NCBI GenBank assembly: GCA_965649765.1
Contig: OZ287759.1
Location: 12,586,001 to 12,650,000 of the forward strand
Length of the DNA stretch: 64,000 nucleotides
Direction: 5' to 3'
Source of the DNA: Bispira polyomma
Lineage: Eukaryota
The notes beneath the pieces are model-generated. The model saw only the letters and a list, made by a program, of their open reading frames with translations. It ran no database searches and was not told where the DNA came from. Positions within the stretch are counted from its first letter, which is position 1. The number at the start of each line of letters is the position of its first letter. Positions 26,794 to 38,399 of the stretch are shown one piece after another. A program made the translations under genes and the position numbers.

Positions 26794-27123
26794 GTCCATG
26801 GATCAGTAACGATTGGATTACTTATTCTGTTGTTACGCTTAAGAAGATGCCTAGTATCAATAAAGTGCGTTAAAAATGCATAATAATAAAAATAAACAAG
26901 TTTAAAAAATAAATTAGCATACAGTGTAATTAACACCTCACCTCAGTTTGGCTAGGTCGATTGCTTCCAACAAATCCATGAAGGATTTGCATATTATTTT
27001 TAAAATAGTGGCTGTGCCCGATAATCGCCTGATAATATAAATGTGACACCTCTTAATTTTGCTGGGTTGATTACCTTCCAACCAATTCATGAATCTACTC
27101 TAATCAATTCCCATAATGGCACT

Positions 27124-27378
27124 TTGAATTTGAATTTGGATATTTAACGTCCACTCTAGTACCTGTTTAGGTTATATTGGGATGGGTACTTGGAAACGCT
27201 GGAGGAAACACTGCATACAGTTGATCAAGGTTCTGCACTGAAACCAGCGGCCCATAGTAAGGAACTACCACCTTTCCCACATAGGCATCGACTGGATTCG
27301 AAGTCACGCCGTCCAGAGGTGAGAGACCAGTGATTGTGAAGTGCAATGCTTGCTAACCACTAGGCCACCGCGGCCCCC
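27124..27378 (-). mobile_element. SINE family A copy
   Basis: Reverse complement of the 3114-3376 element along its full length. Confidence 0.92.
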
Positions 27379-28203
27379 CTAAATTGGCGCTTAATCTCCT
27401 CCGTATTAATGGATTCTAAGGCACAAAAAATCAGAATGGTTATTCAGTAATTCATAAATGCATTACATATTTCCAACATGGCCTTTTCAGCATGAAATCA
27501 ACATTTGTAAAGCACTAAATTGATGGCACATCCTCTTGAGGGCCTCACAGACTGCCGACTACACGACACATCACGACACTAAAGGCGACTGCACTGCACG
27601 ACAGTTACATACACACCAAACACCACACTACCACATAAGTGTGTTAATACAGAGAGCTCCCCCCCCCCCCCCCCCTAAACTTTTGCTAATATTACATATA
27701 TGAAAATCTAACGACACAATGGTGATTTTTCAAAGTCCATTTGCACTGTTGTACTGTGCAGTGTAGTGTAGTGTCCTGCTAGAAGCAGTCTGGATAATCA
27801 ATATTTATTCTCTTGTTCCTATATGTTTGTAGTGTCATCTACATACAGGTGGTGTGTGACCTTGAACTGAGAAGTGATTTTGCAAGGAGAGACAGTGTAT
27901 AATACGTACAAAAAGGAGACTCATCACCGACGCTTGTGGCACACCATAATGTGAGGAAAAGCTTCTAAGAGACATATTTAAATATATATATATGTATTCC
28001 TATTAACAAGAAAAGACAGAGTGCAATCAATGCGACACCAATGTTACTGACATTCAGAGACAGAACAGAGTGATCAATAATATCATAAGCTGCGGAGAGA
28101 TCTCGAAAAGTAAGACCTGTTACTTTTATTTTACACTATCTATTGTACGAGAGATGTCATTCTGTATCTTTAGAAGTGCAGATTAGTGGGGAACTTTGCA
28201 AGT

Positions 28204-28603
28204 TGAAATATCAGTGTATGTGAGCACATTAAACACTCAGGCTTCCGGGGTATCTCCTTTAGCTCAACTGTTAAATGGGCGACTATAAATCACAATACCT
28301 ACAAGAACCTCGGATCGAATCCCAGTAGAAGAAAGATTCTCTTTAATATTACATGGTCAAGATGCCTGAAGATCCCCCCACTCTCAACCAAGCGAGTTGC
28401 GTAGTAGATTCATAATGTAGTCATAGAAGACCTGAGGGCAGGTCTTAATGGGGGTGAGGCATGTAATATCAGTTTATATGAGCACATTGAACACTCAGGC
28501 TTTCAGGGTTTCCCCTGTAGCTCAACTGAGATGCTTGCGACTATTAATAGCAAGATCTATAGATGGAATTACAGCAAAACCAAGTTTACTCTTTAATATC
28601 ACA
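28204..28603 (+). mobile_element. TRIM (miniature LTR element) with tRNA-like cassette in its LTRs
   Basis: LTR1 28204-28353 and LTR2 28462-28603, both TG...CA. TGG-starting PBS-like site at 28354; purine-rich GGGGGTGAGG before LTR2; 4-bp TSD AAGT. LTR1 has A box TAGCTCAACTG and B box GGATCGAATCCC. Confidence 0.85.
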
Positions 28604-28804
28604 AAGTGGACTGAAGAACAGTAGAAGCAAATATGTAACCTCAGCAATGTGTTTGTTTACCTGCTTTACCACTACCTTCTCTATAAGTTTGAGATAAAAA
28701 GGTCTGACACTGGTCTGTGGTTTTTAAGACCATTCTTATCAAATTTAACATTCATATAATATTGATCAAATCCTAACTATTTTGAATAAAACTATCCCAA
28801 GAGT

Positions 28805-31200
28805 TTATTTATTTATTTTTTTATTGTTCTCTTTGGTTTACATGAATACAAATAAAAAAATACCACACATATTGAACCTTGGTGAGAAAACACATTTACA
28901 TTATTAATTTTCTATAAAGTCATTCAATTACATTCACATTACTAATTTTCTATAGTCATTTATTTACACCGGCAAAGAGCACAAGATAAAACTAATTGGG
29001 TACAACTACAAACACACATATATACAGGCAAAAAAACAATAATTCCATTACATGTCCAACAGTTCTTTTAAATTAATTTCTATCAAAGGTTCACAATACT
29101 GTAGACTATTTTACTGCTACAAAAGGAATTATATTTCAAAAAATATAGTATGCCAAATCAACTATTTTATTTTAAATCCCTCAGAGGGGCCGCGGTGGCC
29201 TAGTGGTTAGCAAGCATTGCGCTTCACAATCACTGGTCTCTCACCTCTGGGTGATGTGAGTTCGAATCCCGTCGATGCCTATGTGGGAAAGGTGGTAGTT
29301 CCTTACTGTGGGTCGCTGGTTTCTCTGTAGAACCTTGACCGACTGTATGCAGTGTTTCCTCCAGCGTTTCCAACTACCCGTCCCAATATAACCTACTAAA
29401 AGGTACTAGAGTGGACCTTAAATATCCAAATTTAAATCCCTCAGATGTTTTATTTATTTTGACAACAACTCCTGTTCAAAATATTTGGTTTTAGCTATTT
29501 TTTTTTGTAAATGATATATGTTAAGATCTCGGTTTTTCAGGCATTTGTTAAAATATAATTTCTCGTAGTTATTAAGATAAAATTTAGTGGCCAAAAATTT
29601 TGATGATCTTCTAGGGTACCTAATATTTTGACAAAATTTTTCTAAAAGGATTTTATTCCTAGTTTTGTTTCGATCAAGGTTATTACATTATTCCGGAACT
29701 AATGTACTATTAATTCAATACTCTGATTACACAGCCTACATTGATCACTATCAGACAGTTTATTTTAAATAACAATTCTTTTGTCTATAAAATTCAATGC
29801 AAAATTCGATATTGGAACCAATTAAAATCCATATCGTTAAAAGTATAAATACAAACTTTATATATTATTCTCCATATGTTTTGAATTGCTTCAATGTTTA
29901 AAACTAAACCCCATTTTGTTTCATTTTTTTTGGCAAATTGTCACATAATTCTTGCAATTTTAAATAAATATTATACCAGTATAAGAGTTTACTAAAATTC
30001 TTGTATAAAAAGGAATATATGGTTTTAGAAAAGGACAGACAATATTTTTCACACTTTGCACTAAAAAATGGCTGAACAGAACATTTTACCGTAAAGTAGT
30101 GAGATTTTCAATGACAAGTTGGATAAAGCATATGATTTCAGTAAGAAGAAGATAATGGCTGATCCTGCTGAAATATGTAGCTGGAGATTAAACAAAATTA
30201 TTTACTCAAGGGGGTGAGTGGTGTACTACTATAATACCAAGATTAAACCCCTTTTAGAAAATATTTCTTACTGATTTTAAAGAACTTTGTAAAGTTGCAA
30301 AAGTTCAGACACATCCAGACATATTTTGCAGCAGTATTTGGTTCAGTAGCCATATTGGCACGGATAAACTTTTCTTTCCAGATTTTTTTAATATGGTATT
30401 TATGTTATTGGAGATATTGTAAACTTAGAGGGCTGTATATTAACCCAAGAAGAGAATATACCTAAACCGGTGTTGGGATTGACAAGAACAAGTGGATCAA
30501 TTTTGATAATATTAGTGTCTTAAAAAAAGTCAGTGTCAGGTATCTAAATCTCCATGATTGAAGTGTGTGTTTTGTGTGTTAATTTTTAAAGATTTCTAAA
30601 TGAGAAGGCTTAATATTTCGGCTACCAACAAAAAAAAGATACAGAGCAATTAGGTCTCCTTGTCTACAGCCCCATTCTACTGGTATTGGATTAGATAAAA
30701 CTTATATCTCTATTAAAAAATTTTATCTAGTTAAGGAAATTTTTACTGAAACCAAAATACTTGAGTACTTCATGGATGAAAGCTGACTAGAAAGAATGGA
30801 ATGCTTTCTCAAAATCAATTAGCATTAATAGCCCTGGAATTGTGTTTTCTTCTGTATAGGTCATTAAATCATATATGTCTAGTAGTTTCTTCTATGCATC
30901 TGCCACTTATGAATGCAGATTAGTTTAGAGAGATAATATCCGCTAAAAGAGGTTTTAATCTTACGTCTATAGAAGAAGCTAGCTTAGATAGAACACACAA
31001 AAGTGATATAGGGCAGCAGTATTTTAAAAGTGTTCAATCCTCATCACCCTTTGGTATACAACTTATGATATCATGTCTCATTCAGATAGTTAGAAGGCCT
31101 GTAAAAACAAACAAATTTATAACATTAGTAATGCAATTGTATTGTCCCTTAATTCGCAGAGCTCAAAATAAATACAATATAGACATTGACAAACAAAAGT
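28805..31200 (-). mobile_element. decayed L1/Tx1-like LINE
   Basis: The minus strand gives YDLMTYTEENTIPGLLMLIDFEKAF (~30790-30900) and zf-RVT-like WFQYRILH...C..C (~29680-29820); A-rich tail near 28805. Confidence 0.7.
29186..29430 (+). mobile_element. SINE family A copy
   Basis: Full length; perfect 15-bp TSD TTTAAATCCCTCAGA (29171-29185 / 29431-29445). Confidence 0.93.
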
Positions 31201-32183
31201 GGTGGCTGTAAAACTTAGATTAGAATCCCTAAAGTTTAATGAAGTCACCTTAAAAATTACAATATTTTTTTTTCAATTGGTTAATTTTTATTTTGGCATT
31301 ACTATAGAATAGAACCTATAGGACCCCTTTTAGTATTTTACATCTTGTCAAATAGAACAGCAGATAGTTCATACAAGTAACTGAAAAACAAAGTATTTCA
31401 AAAGTATAGTAAATAGGATTTAAGCATTCTGAGGTTTAAGATAAATTTAACTTCAAATTAATATTATTATTACGCATTTTTAACGCGCTTTATTGATGCT
31501 AGGCATCTTCTAAAGCGCAACAGCTTAATCTGTGATCCAATTGTAAAATCCATGGGCAAAGTTGCAATGTAATTCAAATGATACAGAAATTATATTATTT
31601 AGGTTATACTGAATAAAAACTAGAAAGGCACCCAGAACGGTTTATACCTCTACAGAAACACCACAGTGGCAAAAAGTGAAAAAAAAAATTCTTGAATCAG
31701 CCACGGTCTACTCAGATCTGCTCTATAAAACTTTAATGGATTCTTTCCAGGCACTTGCGATATCCCCTCAAACAAATTTCATTCCATGTAAATCACTTTG
31801 TAAATTTAAGTGCAATCCTGGTGACAAACAAACCAATTAACATGGGCGAAAAAAACATAATCTCCATGACACAGGTAATAAAACACAATTTTACCTTCAT
31901 TGTAGTATTATTGCATCACTACATTCATACAATCAATTAAATTAAACTGTTACACACTGACACCCTTGTACATCAACACCTACAGTCAAAAACTAGTTGG
32001 GTATAACAAGATAATGCATCAAAGATATATATGTATGTAAATAATCCACCAAAATTGCATATATGTTTCCATTTAACAGACAAGTAATTGTGATGTTTCC
32101 ATCTTATATTTATTTCATACTGATAGGCTTAGATATCGGTCGTATTTCTCTTTAATAGTTGAAAATCTTGCACCTAGTAGGCT

Positions 32184-34577
32184 CTAAAATGAACCAGTTT
32201 TCTGCAATACTTGAACCTTATTCGTGGTTTTCTTTATTGTATTTTGTAGTGAAGGGCAATGTTTTATCACTGTGATGATAATGAAGTCAAGTAGTTCCAT
32301 TATGCTGACGAGACTTGCACCTATCCACAAACCAAGCTGCCCACCAACATTTGAGAGGAGCTGTACTAGGTTCATACTTGGCTGCTGTTGCAAGACAACA
32401 TACTGCATTTCTTCAAAGTACACATGTACCTGAGTATATCGTAAAGCGATTTCTGTGGCATTCATTACTGGCCATCCGTGTGCTCTGGCGTGCCCAGAAA
32501 TCTGTTGGTTCGGAAATTTGCCACGGCTGATTTTCTGCTCATAGCCTGTGTAGGAACATGCTGGTGAACAATTGCATTCAATGCCTTTCTCATACATCTT
32601 GACCATTTTAAGGCTATCTTGTTGAAAGATGCTGTATAAAGAACAAGGAGGGTTGTTATTTGTGGAATACACTGAAGGAATTGACCAACAGTCGTTGGAA
32701 CTGAAATAATTGAGCAGGCAACGATATTCACATTCTTCCTCAGAATTTCCAGGCCATATGTCTACTTCATCCTCGTGGATTTCTTCATCTCCATCTACAC
32801 AGTCTTGTGAGGAATAAGGACGTGGTAGTATTTTGGAAATGCGTTTCTTAAGAGAGATGAACACCTCTTGCCCAGGCCCAATCCCAAAACCTCTGGTGTT
32901 CATTTGCGGAAACACCTTCTGATTGTGTACCATCATGTAAAAACCTTCCCCCTGGCTTGATACTGCAAAATATTCTTCTGGATGAACATCCAGAGTGAGG
33001 CTTATTTGATAAAGCATGCCTGAGAATGATCGGTTGATAGCCTTTACCTGGCCCTGGCCAGAATTGAATGAAAAGCAAACTCCATTCTCAGTGATTTTTC
33101 GCAATACATATTCACTGCAATTCAGGGGAAACAGGTTGCTGTCTGTGCATTCAACAAAAACTTCATCAACCGTTGCCGCAGTTTTAAGAAAATACTCCTC
33201 AAGTGTAATATTTTTTAGCGCTTGAATCAGTGTAGCATTGGTAAAAACGTTTGAAATTTCATTGATATTTTCATAATACACCTTAAAGAACTCCTCCACT
33301 TCAGGGTAATATCTTTTCACCTTTGAATGGGTATAAATATTTATATTACAGAAGGTTAGAACTGGCAATGTTAGCGTGTCTGCAGTGTCTTTTGTGATGC
33401 TTATGGTAGATTCATAACTGAAACAACAAAAAAAAATATATATATATAAAATGTAACTTTTGGTGAAGTAAGGTCTTATCTCCTGCGAGTTTTTTTTTTA
33501 TAAGAATTATGCAACTAAATGCTAGACCTCTATAAATTTATATTGGAAAAAAAAACATGAAATATAAAAAAAACTGAAGTATATTCTTAAAAGTAATTAA
33601 TGATTATACTTTTTCTATATTTTTCATATCATCACAAACATTAGTCATTGTATCAGTTTAAAGTGACTTATAAACTCTCTGTGTGTATTTTTTTTTTATT
33701 GTATGTTGTTTAGGTTTATACACAGTCACTATAATAAATAAATTAAAATGAATATATAACTGAAACAAAGAAATTTACTAAGTCTGTGACAGGTTTTATC
33801 ATTGAAAAAAATCCATTCTATTTCCCTTTGACTTATGCTGTATATTCTTTCTTGTTAATTAGGAAAAAGAAATAGAATATTATGTGTAATATTTCAATAT
33901 TCAGTTATTCCACTAATCACATCACAAAACTATAAGAGATGCATTATTTGCTGTTATGGCCTGAAATTTATATTTCATCAATGCTAACAGCAAAAAGGCA
34001 CACACAATTTGTGCAGTTAAGTAAATCAGTTTTATAATTTAAAAAACCCCACAATATTTGTGACATAATTACAGATGAATATATTATTTAGCCAAGGTGT
34101 GCAAAGTATTTGATTTGGACACACTTAATACATATTAGATTATAAAGGTCAAACTGATGTCAGACTATATAGCAGACCTGAAGTTATATTCTTAAATTAA
34201 GTCAATGACTGTCTCTAATAGAAACCTCTCTAATAGAAGGTGCATTATTGTAGTAATTAAAGAACAAGAGCAAAAATTATAATTAAGGAAAGTGTAAAAT
34301 GACTTGTTCTGAGAAATATTATAGAATGTAAACCTGATATTCAAACCCGGCGACCCTCAATCCCAAGTTTGACCATGGACTAAAGAATATGTTAAAAAAC
34401 ATACCTATTGTATAGTACCATGGAATCAACCAGTGTGCACATGAAGAGTCCCAACATTGTAAACAAAATCGCGAGCCAGATTATTCTCCTTAAAATGAAG
34501 ATCTCTCCACAGACTATTCGGATTCCGTGAAAGGTGGTCTCCTGTGAAAACTCCCTAATTTCTTTCTTGAGGTTCAT
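32184..34577 (-). CDS. DEG/ENaC subunit, copy C, ~468 aa; exons 34577-34405 and 33417-32184
   Basis: TTFHG, LPVLTFCN, GVCFSFN, thumb cysteines, TM2 LLSNVGGQLGLWIGAS. GT-AG phase-2 intron; in-frame stop upstream of the ATG. Confidence 0.93.
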
Positions 34578-36916
34578 TTTATTTTAATATCCGAACCCTA
34601 TTTAGAACAAATGTAATTTAATATGCTTTAACTGCACTAGACATTAACCTAGATCAACTACAGCTAAAAGATTTACAGAACCCTTTAAAGGAACCAGCAA
34701 TTTTTTTCACTGGTCCCCCCCAAAAAGTGTGGCATTGATTCTGACTTTGTAACAAACAGTATCTGTTGGGACTGTCTTTCTGTTAACAAATCAAACAAGT
34801 TTAATGGCCATTAAATGAGCCATTCAGTGCGTTCACTATTATCATTCTAATATTAATGACACTCCTTTTATATACAATTAGCAATGTTTACCACGGCTTT
34901 ATTCATCTGTGAACAATTTCCTCTACTTTTAATTAAACAAATACAGGTGTATACCAAGTGTAAAACATCTTCACAGTTGTATGTCTGACATGAAACAAAC
35001 CAGACAAGCAATCATGAGAGAAACCAGAATTTTACCATAGACTAAAATTTCCTTATTAATATGAAAAACCTAGTCCATGGTATCAATAAGGATCCAATTG
35101 AATGTAGTACTTCTTAGGTGCTAAATCTTCCCTAGAAGACAACTCAAAGAAGCATATATATGGCATCCTAATCACAGCAAAATTCATCATAAAAATGACA
35201 AAACCAAAGTCGCCAACAAAATTACTAGCATTCACCCAAGGGAAAAGAAGGGCTATGCTGGAAAACTTGGTTAAAAAGATTCTCCAAAAGAGAGGATGCT
35301 CCTTGCTGTACTGATGTGGAGTGCAAGATTATTTCAGAGAGAAGGGGCCATATATGATGCAGATTTTTGACGAAATGGCTACTGTATATAGTTGGATTTG
35401 ATATATTTTGGGACCTAGAGAAAATTTTGATTAGGGTTACTCATAGGAGTCGTGCTGGATGAAGTGTGTGTCTAATTTATTTGAGGTATACTGGCTGGCC
35501 AAAACTTGTTTTGTTGGTCAGGAGGTGCATCTGTAATAATAATATGCATAGTAGTTCAAGGGGTTGTTTGCATTGTAGCACATTTTTGGGGGTATTCATA
35601 GAAAGTTTGGGTTTTAAAAACTGTTAAACTAACTTCTTTTTTTTTCAGGTTAGGCTTTATAGTCACAATTATAGCTTCAGAAAATGAGGTCAGATTAACT
35701 GAACATGTATATTTTATTGTGAAGGGCTAACCAAGAGTTTTATAAAATTTATGTTGTTTCACACAAAAACAGCGCTTACTTTGATCCATGTTACTTATAG
35801 GGTTGTGGCTTACACATACATCTGATGAAGCGATCTTTACATGTCACATTTTTTCAGTGGGTGGTTAAAAGTTTTCACGATCTGCTACCTGCAGATCAAA
35901 TTAGATTATTCTAGCTTAAGCAGTTTAGTCAAAAATGACCAAAGGCTATTATAGAAAAAAGTCACCAAGGCGGCCATCTTTATTTGTAGATTTGGTTGAA
36001 AACTTGTATCATGCATTGTATGAACATAATAAAGCATCATACAACATACCGGTATGACTATCATAAGTGCAACAATTTTACTCTAGTTAGACATTGGTCA
36101 CAAACGGACGAGCGGAAATGGCAAAATTCGACATCCCCTGCCCTGCGGAAGAATAATAACTGAAACCATTGCTACACTTTGTACATTTTATTATGTATTT
36201 TACATAACATATACAGCATTAAGATTGACTATCAAAAATATTAATTAAGAACTTTTAAAATGTGTCATGCCATATTCACTGTTATAATTAGTGAACTGTC
36301 TTTTTCTTTCTTTCTTCGACAAGTTATAGTTAGCAGCCACAGTATAAAACTACATTCGAAGACTACAAGCTTGTATCATCAGTTCTTTAGATCAATTAAA
36401 ACATGACAGAACAGTCATTTTGGAAACATTGTGGCTTGTATTGCCTAAACAATTGCTATTCTGAAGTACATCAGTAACACACTAAAATTATTTGGAGGGT
36501 ATAAAATGCCTTTGTACAAATATGATAGAATCTCTATTACCAGCACAGCCAAGGTACCACAGTGTCAAAAAGTCGGGAAAAAATCCTGGATCCATTGCAA
36601 GATTTACTGGATTCTTCCTTGGCCCATGCCTCATCTCTCCACCAAATTTCATGTAAATCAATTCAGTGGGGGTTTTTAGTGTGAAATAAGCAAACCGACC
36701 AGCCAATGGATAGAGGCAGAAAATGTTTGGTCGTTTGAACTGAGCTTAAGATTATAAAATGAAACATTAGGAGTTGCAATGAATCCCCAGAAACTAAAAA
36801 AAAAAACTAAACATTTGACTCATAGCACTTCAGATAGTCCACTGTGAAATCGGGCACCCATATTTATACTTAAAGGTCTTAACACTTAAAATAACTTCAC
36901 AACTCTGTCCTGCTCA

Positions 36917-37566
36917 GATGTAGGACAAAAAGTATTTGGACAAAAATATTGCACAAGAAAGAACCTAGACAAAAAGTATGTGGACAAAAAGTATCACACA
37001 TAGGACCAAAAGTATTTTATTTTTTTTTCTTATTAGGTATGAGTTTTTATTTGAATATCTTTTTCAAATCATAAATATTGTGCATTTTTAATAAATATTT
37101 TCAGTGTTAAGCATACCCTCCACGAAAATGCATGGCTTCTGACATGGCTTCAAACTTGATGCATCATGATTCCTTTGATGTATTTTACTAGTAGCATCAA
37201 AGCTACATAATGTAAGACAGGATTAAGGTTGAACTTAAAGGTTCTTTAAAGTTTGGCAACTTAAAAGCACGGTATGCATGAAAAGGGGGCAATAATGTAA
37301 TTGTAATTAAGGCCACCTCTGAAGGGGCAACTAATGGCATCGCATTTATGTTCAAATTAATTGCATATATATTAATAGTAATACTCATACACTAACAAAT
37401 GTTTATGTTCATACTAATATTCATATAATAACAAATGTTTATCAAAAAAAAAAAAATTTGTTTTTTTTGTCCTACATGTAATACTTTTTGTCCTACATGT
37501 GATACTTTTTGTTCAAATACTTTTTGTCCAGGTTCTTTTTGGTCCAATATTTCTTGTCCGTACCCC
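36917..37566. mobile_element. Mutator-like MITE with repetitive long TIRs
   Basis: Arrays of GGACAAAAAGTAT inverted at both ends; 10-bp direct repeat GTCCTGCTCA at 36907-36916 / 37567-37576. Confidence 0.8.
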
Positions 37567-38399
37567 GTCCTGCTCAATCTTTGTGTGTTCAATAACGATA
37601 TCTAAAATCTGACTACAGATTTGAGTTCCTCAATAAAAAAGCCTTATTAAAATGAATGGTAATGTGTCCAGGTTATATTTCCCACATCAATTAATAAGAA
37701 CATGGGTTTAAATGGTTTAAGACCATTGATTAATATGGCCACTTGGGTCTTTCTTGTAAAAAAAATAATCGTATTTTTAGGCATCAATTTAGATACCAAA
37801 TGCACACATTTTTTTCAAATTCTTCATTGACACACTAGCTAGACATGGCTCTATTTTGTCAAACACATTTGAGAGCACTGTGCACATATATTTCAACTAA
37901 GATTTTGTATTTTATGTTTCAAAGTTTGTATTGGCATAATCATGTCTGAAGCATCTTAATTGTGACGTTTAAAAACGTTTCAACTGAAAAGTGGAGTGGA
38001 CCAGATTTTGGAACAATGACTATATAGAGTAAGAAATCTAAAATTCCCCATTGTATCTTAAATTCGCGTCCTAGAAAATGATGTTTTTGGTAGAATTAGT
38101 GATAACACTTGCTGGAATGGAGATTTTTTAGACTATTTTGCCTTTCTTACCTAAATTCCAGTTTTCTTGTCAGTTTTTATCGATTAGGCTTAAATTTCAG
38201 AAGTGGCGAACTTCAGATACAGCGGCGAATATTAGATACCTTACTTTAGCTATCTTGCACACATAAATGCATCAAGGCATATTTTAAGCTTACGGCAGGT
38301 TCCAGTATAAAATCTTTCATAAATACACACATCCTCTGGTAGATTAAAACCTATACAAATACTACAGGTATTCGCATATGTACACACAAACATCGGCAT

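Noticed and set aside
28250-28330. Functional tRNA genes here and at the SINE heads (3114, 7825, 29186)
   Set aside because: A/B boxes are present but no clean cloverleaf could be drawn; each is embedded in a multi-copy element.
26900-32100. A fourth or pseudogenised DEG/ENaC copy between B and C
   Set aside because: Only LINE, SINE and TRIM remnants were recognised; no HG, CN or GGQ motifs were seen.
16969-33225. Short + strand ORFs overlapping the channel exons
   Set aside because: They are antisense shadows of real coding exons and have no recognisable motifs.
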